DNA of 64,000 bases, from NCBI RefSeq assembly GCF_001194135.2, contig NC_069001.1, positions 36,723,064-36,787,063 of the forward strand. Reading direction: 5' to 3'. Source of the DNA: Octopus bimaculoides (lineage: Eukaryota). Below, one piece after another: positions 23,969 through 37,466 of this stretch (positions are counted from its first letter, which is position 1; every line of letters begins with the position of its first letter). Position numbers and translations under genes: made by a program. Below the pieces are notes generated by a model. The model was not told where the DNA came from. It worked only from the letters and a program-made list of their open reading frames with translations, and searched no databases.

Positions 23969-25929
23969 ACTTTTCTTTTTTGTTCTACTTTCAGATATAA
24001 TGCAGATCCCAGAGACTCCTGATCGTGAAGGAAAGCGAGTAACAATCACTGTTTACTTGGGGTCAAATCCTGATCCAACTAGGGCTCCAGAGGTCAGTTC
24101 CTTAGTACTTTACTCACAAAGATTTCTTTAACCCTTTTCATACCAAACTACTTATGACTTCTACAATACGAACTTCTTGTTTTAAAGTGATCAAAATTTC
24201 ACATTAATTTATGCTCCAAACTTCAGCTTAAATTACCACAAAATTATTTCACTAAATTCTTCATTATTTTTTAGATTAACTCAAAGGCGGCGTATTTTAA
24301 CAGAAATATAACAAAATGGTTAACTCTTTTGATACAATTCCACCAAAGACTGCCCCTAGCAGGGTTAAGTAGGAGTTTTGAAGTGGGTCATTCTCTGCCT
24401 TTTACAGAATGGCAAACATTTGAACCGACCTTTTGGTTCCCTGCCCGCCAGACTTCAAGCTTTTTAACCCTTTTGACGCCAACCTATCAAAGACTGTTTT
24501 TGGTTCTTTGGTACCTATTCCTTGATTTAAAGTAATCTAAATTAAAACCTTTCATCGAAATTTCCTGTTAATTTCTGTTGCAATCACAAGCTTATCAATG
24601 ACAAAGTTATTCTACTGAATTCTTCATTATTTTCAAAATGAGTCAGTGTATTTCAACAGAAATCTGGTAACAAGGATTAAGTAGGAATTGTTAAGTGAAT
24701 TATTCACTGTCTCTTACAGAATGGCAAACATTTAAACCAGACTTCTGGTTCCCTGCCTGCCAACTTACAACTTCTTAACCCTTTAGATGCCAATCTAAAC
24801 AGCCCCTGGTTCTGTGATCCAAATTTCTTCTTTTAAAATTATCTTTAATAAAACCTTCTTCCATCAAAATTTCATGTTATTTTATGTTCCAAAGAGAAGA
24901 TCAATAATGACAAAGTTATTTTACTAAATTCTTTATAATTCTTCAAAATTAATTTAAACAAATGCACTGGTTTTTAACAGAAAAAGAGCAACAAAACAAT
25001 TAAAGTAGAAGTCGTTAAGTGGATTCTTCTCAGCTTTTTATAGAATGGCAAACATTCAGACCAGACCGTCTGGTCCCCTACCTGCCAACTTATAAGTTTC
25101 TTAACCCTTTTGATGCCAACCTGCCTGACACTGCCCTGAATCGCTGATACAAACATCCTGTTCTAAAGCAATCTAAATTGGTAAGAGGAAGAAATTCAGC
25201 CATGAAAAATACTCTGCCCCTATGGAAATGGAGATGATAATGAGTACGATGATAATGACAAGTACTGTGATAACGATAACGATGATTCATTATCATTGTT
25301 TACATCATCATCATCATCATCATCATCACGCCATACATGGCCAAACATTGAACTACATAACGTTATGTAGCTTTGCCTACTTCCATTTTTCATTGTTTTT
25401 GTATGTTTTGTTTTGGTGGGGGTTTTTTATTAATTTTTTTTTTCTTCTTCCTGTTTATATTAAATAAATTATAAACAGGAAACTATTTTATTCCGTCAGT
25501 TGAGTAATTCCCCCCCTCCCCCTCCCGTCTCCCCCCTCTTTCTCTGAAAGCAATTATTGAATGAATTAGAAAACACCAATAATCTACATTTTTTCCCAAG
25601 AAAATATATTCATTCAGCCATTCCATCATGTATGTTATCTCTCTCACTGGCAGCCAAAAAATGGCCCCGGTGGGGTGGGGGGGATTAAAAAATAAAATAA
25701 TAATAAATCTGCTCCACACCAAAGCAGTTAATTATCCTATCAGCATTTAGCAGAAGAATAATGGGTCTTTTGTTTGGTAGCTTTTTGAGGGTTTTTTTTT
25801 TTTTTTTTTTTTTTTTNNNNNNNNNNNNNNNNNNNNNNNNNNNNNNNNNNNNNNNNNNNNNNNNNNNNNNNNNNNNNNNNNNNNNNNNNNNNNNNNNNNN
25901 NNNNNTATATATATATGTGTGTGTGTATG

Positions 25930-25966
<37 letters not shown>

Positions 25967-26278
25967 ATGTGTATGTATATATATGTGTATATATATATAT
26001 ATGTGTGTATGTATATATATCTATATGTGTGTATGTATATATACATATATAAATATCTATGTGTATTTATATGTATGTGTATATATCTATCTTGTAAACA
26101 GTTGGGGAGGTTCTCTTTTCTTTCTGTTAACGGGGGTACCTGTTACTATGGTGACCTTAATAGATTTCAATACTTACTAAACATTCCATATTGCCATTCC
26201 AGATTACAAATTGCTTGTTTTAAAAGAGTGCCCTTACAAATACTGGAATGACAGACACTCTCCTCATAGTCCATATTC

Positions 26279-26319
<41 letters not shown>

Positions 26320-27840
26320 GGCAGTAAGCTGGCAGAACCGTTAACACGCCGGGCGAAATGCTTAGCAGTATTTCATCCATCTTCATGCTCTGAGTTCAAA
26401 TGCTGCCAAGGTCAACTTTGCCTTTCATTCTTTTGGGGTCAATAAATTACGTACCAGTTACACACTGGAGTCGATGTAATCGACTTAATCCCTTCCACAA
26501 AATTTGAGGCCTTGTGCTTCCAATAGAAAAGATTATTATTATTAGTAGTAGTAGTAATATCATGTGTGTATATTTTCTTTTCTAATTGCAGAAGTTGCCA
26601 GAGGTTCTTATTGGCTCTTTATCTGTAAGTGGCAAAACCAAATGGGATATTCTAGACAATATTGTACGAAAGATATTTAAGGTAAGGTTTTTTTTGCTTT
26701 GTTTTTTTTTAAGACATTTTTTTTTTCCTTTCCTTCTAAAACTTTTTCGGAATAACAATGTAAGCATGTGGCCATTTTATTTTTATTCCTTTTATTTCGG
26801 ACGTTCTCAATCTTTTATTTTATTTAGATATTTTTTTTGACTCTGTGGTGCATCAAGAATTAAATAAGATTAAAATTACTTGTTTAGGAAAGTTTGAAAA
26901 AAAAGGCTGTAGAAGTTTGAAAATAAAGAAATATATATATAAAGGAAATTATTGCTTACCTTGTTTTATATATATCATCATCATCATCATCATCATCGTT
27001 TAACATCCGCTTTCCATGCTAGCATGGGTAGGACGATTTGACTGAGGACTGGCGAACCAGATGGCTATACCAGGGTCCAATCTGATTTGGCAAAGTTTCT
27101 ACAGCTAGATGCCCTTTCTAACGCCAACCACTCCAAGAGTGTAGTGGGTGCTTTTATGTGCCACCGGCACAAGGGCCAGTCTAGCGGTACTGGCAACGGC
27201 CATGCTCAAATGGTGTATATTACGTGCCACCNNNNNNNNNNNNNNNNNNNNNNNNNNNNNNNNNNNNNNNNNNNNNNNNNNNNNNNNNNNNNNNNNNNNN
27301 NNNNNNNNNNNNNNNNNNNNNNNNNNNNNNNNNNNNNNNNNNNNNNNNNNNNNNNNNNNNNNNNNNNNNNNNNNNNNNNNNNNNNNNNNNNNNNNNNNNN
27401 NNNNNNNNNNNNNNNNNNNNNNNNNNNNNNNNNNNNNNNNNNNNNNNNNNNNNNNNNNNNNNNNNNNNNNNNNNNNNNNNNNNNNNNNNNNNNNNNNNNN
27501 NNNNNNNNNNNNNNNNNNNNNNNNNNNNNNNNNNNNNNNNNNNNNNNNNNNNNNNNNNNNNNNNNNNNNNNNNNNNNNNNNNNNNNNNNNNNNNNNNNNN
27601 NNNNNNNNNNNNNNNNNNNNNNNNNNNNNNNNNNNNNNNNNNNNNNNNNNNNNNNNNNNNNNNNNNNNNNNNNNNNNNNNNNNNNNNNNNNNNNNNNNNN
27701 NNNNNNNNNNNNNNNNNNNNNNNNNNNNNNNNNNNNNNNNNNNNNNNNNNNNNNNNNNNNNNNNCACACCAACATCAGTTGTCAAGCAATGTTGCGGGGT
27801 ACAAACACAGACACTCAACCCCCCCCCCCACACACACACA

Positions 27841-27873
<33 letters not shown>

Positions 27874-28732
27874 GATGGGCTCCTTTCAGTTTCCGTCTAC
27901 CAAATCCACTCACAAGGCTTTGGTTGGCCCAAAGGCTATAGTAGAAGACACTTGCCCAAAATGTCATGTAGTGGGACTGAACCCAGAACCATGTGGTTGG
28001 TAAGCAAGCTACTTACAACACAGCCACTCAGGCAATGTTTCTGTTTATATTTTCTCTGTTAAAAACGTGGCGGCGGCAGCACCAAAAAAATGCCGTGGAT
28101 GATAGCAACTCTCAAGAGGGCCAATATACATGTGTGTGTGTGTGATATCATAATCTGAAATATCATCTTTTGTTTGCAATGCAGTGGCATGCATGAGAAC
28201 AGATCCATATTCTAAGAATGGAATATCTTAAGTAAAATTAAGCATGGAGAACTCACAGACACTAAAAATAAACATTTTTTTTTGTCTCTCTTTAGTATCA
28301 TTTTTATGTTATTTTTCTTCTCATTTCTGAGTGTTTGTGTTATGATAATGTGATAATGGATGAGAAAACGATGCAGTTTTTCCTAGTCCCTAAGGGACAC
28401 ATTATATAAGATGAAAAATAGATTAAGGCCCCAGGGTGGGGTGGTGCAAATGCATAAAAAAAAGAGATGTTTGCGTAACTGAACGAAGACAGACATAGCA
28501 TTGAGTAGAGTTTCAGGATGCGGATTATTTGCTTTTCGCTAAACTGATTAGAAACCTGAGGCTGCTGCTCTGCTCTTTCAGCCTTGGGGAGAGGGGGTTT
28601 TTGTTTGTTGCTTTTTTATCCTGTCCCTCTTTCGTATTTTCTTTTTTTATTCATTTGTTAATATTTGGGTTTTGTTATTTTGCGGTTTCTTTTTATTTGC
28701 TTATTTTACACACTTCAACATTAACTTGTGTG

Positions 28733-28770
<38 letters not shown>

Positions 28771-29666
28771 ATACATATATGCACTTATATACGGATAGAT
28801 ATACTGACTGTTAAATAGATATTGCCCTTTACACACACACACACTGATACAAACATGCATTTGTGTGTGTGTGTGTATTTACTGCAAGATGCTGTCTATT
28901 TCGACTGTAGAGATTTGCAGACTTACATAATAATTTCAAATATGTTGGTTATGTGTGGCAAGTGGAGTAGTGTGTCTTGTCTAAGAGCAAGCATACTGCT
29001 CTGTTTTTCAATTAATGTATCCTTAATAACTAAACTAACAAATCTTTTTGAAGGAACAATTAGTTAAGAGCTAAAACAGGGAGCAAAGACAGTCTTGGGT
29101 GGGTTGCTATGAAAAGGGTTAAGATGGGTGCTGGCCTACAGATCAGGTGAATTCATACTTAACAATGCAGTCACTGTTATGCCCCTGAGACAAGCACATA
29201 GGTTTGCTTGTTCTTCCAGCCTTTACTTCATGGTTGAATGACTTCAGCAGTAAGAAGAGACAACCAGCTGTAAAAACAATTGCTTCAAGAAAAAAAAAAA
29301 ACAAGCTGGTATTTGTTAAAAAATTAAAAAAAGAGAGAGAAATTGATGTAAAAACAGTGAAATATATATGCATAAATAAATTAGTCATTAGCATAATTTA
29401 TGTATGATGTGTTTAATTGACACAAACATGCGTGAACACACAGAGGGCTTATCTGAATGCTAATGTCTTTCCAAAACCTGATATTTATTGTTTTGTTTGG
29501 TAGTTAGGATGAAGTTTCAATAGTGTAGGAGGTGAGGTTTATGGTATGGGGGGTTCTGTAAAAATGGGACTTTTATAACCCAGTCTCTCTTGTTAACCCT
29601 TTTGATGCCTATTTACTCCTGTCTAAATCATGCCAGCAGGAAAAAACAGGCATGAAATGAAACATA

Positions 29667-29702
<36 letters not shown>

Positions 29703-30480
29703 AACCTGTGCAATAGATATATGAACAGGGCAAATTTAACCATTTCTCTGTAAATTGAAAAAAAATGATGATCAATTTTCAGGACTTATTGAGATCTCAT
29801 CAGGTGTTTACATCACTTGACCAATCCCAGAGAAACAAGTAGCCAATCTCTGTATACACAACAAATCTATTGGCTTCAGAGAACTGGTGTGATCAATTTG
29901 AATGCTATTGATATTGAACACTTTATCTTTAACATCAGGCACCAGTCAGTGGGGTCCTCAGTCCACACAGTACCGAGATACTGTGTAATAAATGTAATCT
30001 ATACAAGAGATATATAAACGGGGTCAATTTATCTGTTTCTCCATAGATTGAAAAAGAAAGATGGACAGCCTTAATTGATTAATGAACCATTATTAGGTTC
30101 TCTGTATTGTTCTTATATGTTTGTTCTCTATGAGTATTTATTTTCTGTTTCAGACGCTGAAGTTCCTGAGTTGTTACCTATCGGCTACCTTGTCGGGGAC
30201 ACAATGCAAATCGGTATTTGTCTTAAAGGTAAACTATCAACAAACATCTGTGTAAATTTTGAGGGCTTTTGTGACAAGTGCAAACATGGTGGTGTGGTTG
30301 CAAAGCTTGACCAGTACCTTCTGAACAGAATTTGGTAAATGGAATTTGTGCAGGAGCCCATCATGGATGTCTCTGCCATTATCACATGGAACCATATTGC
30401 CAGAAGGTGTCACCGTTGTGATGATATTTGGTGACAAACGTCTGGTGAAATGTAAAGCTTCTTGAAATAAATTTGGTACA

Positions 30481-30524
<44 letters not shown>

Positions 30525-33500
30525 ATTTCTGTGAATGATATAGATATGAGAGTAGGAACGAAGTGTATGTGTGTGTGTGTATAAATGTAAAACAATTTTT
30601 TTTTTTTTTTAAAGCATCGAAATGTGTATTGTATGATACAAATAAGATTTCCCTTCCAATGCAGAGCTGCCACTAGAACAGCATTTCATTTCCAAATCTC
30701 CAGTCGAGTGAATTGCATCACAGATGGTGTCCACCTGACCCTACTATACTGTGTAGTCATCAAAATCAAAAACAAACAATGTGCCTTCGCAAAATTTAAA
30801 AATATAAAATGGTGACAATTTATCCATTGCACCCTGTATATATGTACGTGTGTGTGTGTGCATATATATATAAATAAAATATACAATGGGCTTCTTTCAT
30901 TTTCCATCTACCAAATCCACTCATAAGTTTCTGCTCAGTTCAGGGCTACAGTGAAAAATACATGCCTTATGTGCCATGCAGTGAGATTGAAACTGGAATC
31001 CACATAGTTGGAAACCAAAACTCTTAACCACACAGCCAAATCCAACTTTTACAAATATTTCAAACCGTCCAAATATTTCTATGGCATTAAAAATCTGGTC
31101 TTGCTTTTACTTTCAGGTACCAAACAGAACAGTGTTGATTCGCTGGCATTTGAAACCCAAATCCCCAAATCAATTATTCAGCGGTACGTTTCACTGCTTT
31201 TAGAACACCGAAGGATCATACTGTGTGGACCAAGTGGAACAGGTAAAACCTACCTGGCGCAGAAATTAGCTGAACACTTAGTACTAAGGTAAGACTGATT
31301 GGCTTTTTATGTACAGGGGTGGGCAAAAGCAGGTAAACAGTTGCCTTATATGAGTGGAATGTTCTTTCCATTTCTCTAGTTCTTGTTTTAGGATAGGAAT
31401 TCTATGTTCTTTTTAACTTGTTCTTTCTGTAATACGAAGCAAATAATTCATGAGAAAATATTTGCAAAGATGCCATTGACTCTATTATTATCTAGTGTAA
31501 CAATTTAAAAATGATAATAACGGAATCAACAATATAGGTGATTGCAGGCCCCCAAAAAAGCATTAAATAGCTGAAGGATTAAAATTAATCAAAGGACGTA
31601 CTAAGTTTGTCTAGCTGAAGAGTTTTGACTGTTATTTCCAGCAGGTAGACATACTTAATATGTCCTTTAATTAATTTTAATTCTTTCTGTAATAAAATAA
31701 TCATTCTGAATAATAACTATTAAAACTGCATATCTACTTTTGTCCACCCCTGTATATTGTGATATATCTGTGTCTCCTGGTATTGTTCAGTTTTATTCCT
31801 AGTTTCCTTTTCTGTGCTAGCATGGGTTAGATGAATATATTGTTGAGGCATCACCAGATGCCGTGTAATATACAGACACCATTCCTGGGTTTGTAGACTT
31901 GCAAGCTACATGGTGACCTAATGCCAACCACTCTGAGGAGTGGTTGGCATTAGGAAGAGCTGTAGAAATCAAGCCAAAATTGTCACTGGAACATGATGCG
32001 GTCCTTCAACTCATTGGGCCCTTATCAAACCATCCAGTCCATACCAGTATGGAACATGGACGTATGAGGAGGAGGAGATGGACGGATGGCTTGTTTTAGT
32101 TTATTTCTCTCTTTTTTATTATCTTTCAATGTGTTTTGTTTTGTTTTATGTTTTTCTTTTAGGTCTGGGCGAGAACTTACTGCAGGGTCAGTGGCAACAT
32201 TTAACGTTGACCATAAGTCTGGAAAAGAACTTCGCCAGTACCTGTCAAACATTGCAGAGCAGTGTGAGAGTACGAGTGCCGGAGAACTACCTAGTGTTAT
32301 TATATTGGACAATTTACACCATGTTGGCTCTTTGGGGGAAGTCTTCAATGGCTTTCTGAGTGTCAAATACCAAAAGTGGTGAGTATATCATTTTCTTTGA
32401 TAGGATTCTAACCATTTCAATATTAACCTGCCTGAAACTGTCCTTGGTTCTATGATACAAGTACCGTAAAAACCCATGTAATTTGCACACCTGTGTAATT
32501 TATACAGGTGATTTTCAGGATAGAATTTGTTAAAAAAAAAAGCTTCTACCCATGTAAAATTCACACAGAAAAGTTTTCAGAATTGCCAATATGGCCAGGG
32601 GGAAACGGTTTTTGATTTAGTTGTATTTAGCATAATTTCACTTATGATTAGATTTTATTAAATTTTCATTAAATAAAAATAATTTCTGTTTAACAGGTAT
32701 CACATTAAAAGCTACGAAATTACAGAGTAATAAAAGGGTTTCAGTGATTTAAATTAAAACTTTCCATCAAAATTTGATGTTAATTTACGCTTCAAACACC
32801 AACTTAGTAATGATAAAGTCATTTTACTAATTCTTTATAGTTTTCAAAATTAAATGGAACAAAGGCCATATATTTCAGCAGAAGTATGGTAACAAAAGAG
32901 TTAAAGTGTTCTAAATTAAAACCTTCCATCAAAATTTTATGTTCCAAACACCAATTCAATAATGACAGCTATTTTATTGAATTCTTCGAAATTACTATAA
33001 ATTATTGACCACTGTTCCATATTTGTTTTTACAAATTCTTGTCCTTTTTTATTTCTTTGCAGCCCTTACATAATAGGAACGATGAACCAAGCTACTGGAC
33101 TAACCACCAACCTGCAACTACACCATAACTTCAGGTGAGTTTCCTGCCAAGGAATGTTTAGCACTTCCTTTATCTGTTGCGAAAATGCCTGGCCAAACGG
33201 TTAAGGTGTTGGGCTCACAATCATAATGTCATGGGTTCCAGTTCCCGGACCGAACAGTGTTCTGTGTCTCCTTGCGCCAGACACTTCATCTCACAGAGCC
33301 CCAAGTCTACTCAGATGTAAATAGGTGCCAGGCAGGCGTTGATGCAGTCCTCTCTCCTTCCTTCCAGCTCAGGTATTTTGGATACCTGCTGTGGAGCCCA
33401 CACTATTTGCTGGGTTCACACCAGGGTTCTGGTTTGAAGGTAACTTTGCTCCCACCAGGTTTATCAAAGCACCTGAGAGGTCTCATGGAAACTGCCCTTT

Positions 33501-34563
33501 CTCTCTGGCTAGACCATGAAGATAAATAACTATTTAAGCAAGCACAAGATATTTACTAAAATTCTTAGCTTTCAAGGAGACTCAGTTCAGGAATTGAACC
33601 CACGATTTTATGATCATGAACCCAACACCCTAACCACCAGGCCACGCATCTTCACAGAGGCACAGACGTAGCTGTGTGACTAAGACGTTCACTTGGCAAC
33701 CACGTGATTTCAGGTTCAGTTTCACAGCACAGCAACTTGGGCAAGTATCTTCTGTTGTAGTCCTGAGCCAATCAATGTCTATTGAGTTAAATTTGGACGG
33801 CGGAAATTGTGTGGCAGCCTATCATATATTTATATGTAAGTGTGTGTCCCATCCCAATACTTCACAACCAGTGTTGGTTTGTTTACGTCCCTGTAAGCTG
33901 GTGCTTCAACAAAAGAGACTAACAAAATATGTACTTGAAACTGTTTTTAAAAAAAAAAAATTAGGATCAGTTTGAATAACTGAGCCATTTTAGGTTGTGC
34001 TCCAGCAAGACTCCATTCCAAAAAAAAGCCATAAAAATTTCACCTAAGTCTACCTTAAATGTTTATTTTTTTTGCTGTTGTTTTCCTTGATTCTTTTTTT
34101 TCTTTATTACTTATTTTATTTTTATTTCATTTTATTTATATATTTTTTTAAACATTGCAGATGGGTTCTTTGTGCCAACCATATGGAACCAGTAAAGGGA
34201 TTCCTTGGTCGTTACCTACGCCGCAAATTGGTAGAAGCCGAGGTACACATGGGTACCCGAAATAATGACCTAAACAAAATCATCGATTGGATTCCCAAAG
34301 TATGGCAGCATCTTAATAAATTCTTAGAGACCCACAGTTCTTCAGATGTCACCATTGGTAAGAAACTACACATGCATTACATAATAAACTGGGGGGGTTG
34401 GGGTTGTTGTTATTGGCTTCTAAACAACACATGTATACATTCGTGACCCTTTCTGGTCTCTGCTGCTGAAGAGGAAATAACTACTCGTATAAAATAATTT
34501 TTTTTGTGTTAATCTTAGAATTAAATAGTTTTGATTTACTGTCAGGTAACTTTTGGCCAGCCC

Positions 34564-34622
<59 letters not shown>

Positions 34623-34951
34623 TGTAATCTAACATTTTTCAACATGTCTATATTGTAGGCCCCAGGTTGTTCTTATGCTGTCCAATGGACATCTCAGGAT
34701 CCCAAGCATGGTTCACAGATTTATGGAATTATTCCATTGTTCCTTACCTATTAGAAGCTGTCAAAGGAGGCTTACAGGTAATTCTTGATCTTTTAAAACA
34801 TTTCTAACTGCAGTCAGTATGCTAATTAACAGTCTGTTGTTGCTATTATTATTATTAATAATAATGATGTATGATAATTCCATTTCTCGTTATCTTGTGT
34901 ACTAAATTTGTATTTAGTCCTTCAAATCAAAAGGTTTTATATTTAAAAAAT

Positions 34952-35007
<56 letters not shown>

Positions 35008-37199
35008 GTGTATATAAACGTGTGTGTGTGTATGAACATAGTTACATATATAATTACACATACTTCTACACATACATGCATATATAGATATATAGACACA
35101 TGCTTATATACACATATGCATACATAGATAGAGATACATAGACAAATACATACATGTGTGCTTTTGGGGTCCCACTGTGTGAATAGTGGGACCCTGCCAG
35201 ATGTCTTCTACTACAATCCTAGCAGACCAGTGCCTGCCTTGAGAGGGAATTTGGTGGAGGGAAACCGTGTGAAAACTCTTTGCTTATACTCACCCTTGTG
35301 TATATATATATATATACATATGCAATGAGCTTATTGTATATTGTGGTCAGGTGCAGTACAACTCATCAGAAAATAGTAAAAGAGGGGACAGAAAGCAGCA
35401 ATAAGTCAGGTGAAGGAAGCCAGCAGTGATAGCCAAAAGTACATTCTTGGAAGACAGGATTAAACACAAGAATAGAGGAAAGTGAACTGTAAAAGTGCCA
35501 TGAAGAGCCAATGATGAAAGTAGACCATTCTGCTATAGGCACAATGCCTGAAATTTGTGGGGAAGGGCCTGGTCAATTACATCAACCCCTGTTCTCAACT
35601 GGTACTTATTTTATTGACCTAAAAGAATGAAAGGCAAAAGTCAACTGCAGTGGAATTTGAACTCAGAATGCAAAGACTGTGTTATAATACCAAATATAGC
35701 CATATAACAATAAGCAAAATAATGATCCAATACTCCAATACAGAATCAATAAGGAGAGAGACTAACGGTTTCCCACTTCAACCACACAGTTTGACCTCTT
35801 CCCACTAGTTCATCAATTTGTAAGACTCATCCAGTCTACTGACACTTCAGTTGCCTCCACAACAGACTGATGAAATGACACTAAGCTTTTTGTCTGGCTA
35901 ATGATTCTACCAGCTCAAGTCCAAAGATTGATAATGTGATACACAGTGACTGTCAAGTTAGATGCTTACCAAAAACATTTGGTGAGAGGAAGGTACATAG
36001 CTTTGTCTGTCCTTCAGCCTGGATGGATTAAAGCTGAAGAACAAGCTGACACTCCCAGCTCACTTCATGGTTGAGTGGTTTTTGTGGTAGGAAAAGACAT
36101 CCAGCTGGAAAAACAAATGCTCCAACAACTAACACCATTGTGCCTGTGAATGGGTGTAAAAATGGATGTAAAAGACTGGGAACCAAAACAAACTGATAAG
36201 AATAATAATAATGATGATGATAATAGAGTACTTGTAGTTATAATAATAATGATAATAAGAATTTCTTGTTTCCTGTAAGGAAAAGGTGGAGTCTTAAGGG
36301 TTTTTTTATCAGAAATATTTAAATATGGTTAGACTTGTAATATGAGGAAAAATAGATTTTTGAAATTTAGAATAGAAATATGAATAATGTTCTTTTAAAA
36401 CAATAAAATTTTCTTAGTCTAATTTTTGGTAAGTATATAACTGATAATTTGATTAACATGCAAATATGTGATTGATTGATTAATTATTTCAGTTGTTTAT
36501 TTATGTTGTTTTTGTTTCATCTAAAACAAAATTTTCTCAAATGTCAAATTTTCAAAATGACTCATTTGTTTTTGTTTATTGTTTTTAAAACCAAAAAAAA
36601 AACTTTAATTTTTTACCAATTTGTCATCTAGTTTAATTAGTAGTTTAGTCTGTTTCCTTCACTAATTGTTCTCCCTTAGATCCCACCTGAAAAGCTAGAT
36701 CGAAACCCTTTCAAAACACCATCCTTGTGCGATTGATTCCTAGCATCTTCAGTAGCTTAGTCGTGTCTATTTTTTGTCTCCCGTTGTTGTGGCACATCCC
36801 CTACCCTTATAAAATTTCTTGTACTCTTCTATCGTCATTGTATCTACCCTGCAGTGATTAGTTTTTTTGTTTTTTTTTCCCATTTTGTTTTTGTCACTTT
36901 TTCCTTACTTCCTGGACAGCTAAAAGCAATATTTACTCACATAATTATTATCATTATTATTATTATTATTATCATTATTATCTTCATTTAAGGTGGTGAG
37001 CTGGCAGAATCGTTAACACGCCAGGCAAAATCCTTAGCGTCATTTCATCCATCTTTACGTTCTGGGTTCAAATTCCATCATGGTCAACTTTGCCTTTCAT
37101 CCTTTTAGGGTCGATAAATTGGCAGTGAAACACTGGGGTCAATGTAATTGACTAGTAGCCACCCCTAAAATTCCAGGCCTTGTAACTTTTGTAGAAAGG

Positions 37200-37230
<31 letters not shown>

Positions 37231-37435
37231 GGATGAGCTGGCAGAATTGTTAGCACACCAGGCAAAATCACTAATAGCATTTTGTCATCCTGAGTTCAAA
37301 TTCCGCTGAGGTTGACTTTGCCTTTCATCCTCTCGGGGTCAACGAAATAAGTACCAGTTGAGTACTGGGGTTGATGTAATCAATTTACCCCCTCCGCTGA
37401 ACTTGCTAGCCTTGTGCCAAAATTTGAAAATATCA

Positions 37436-37466
<31 letters not shown>

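Noticed and set aside
28196-28270. [11 protein letters not shown] / KHGELTDTK resembling the missing NAV exon
   Set aside because: It has an in-frame stop and a frameshift, with no phase-0 acceptor or downstream GT donor; probably chance similarity.
32299-32322. Non-canonical Walker B ([10 protein letters not shown] instead of DE) as a novelty
   Set aside because: This is the usual NAV family sequence, not specific to this locus.
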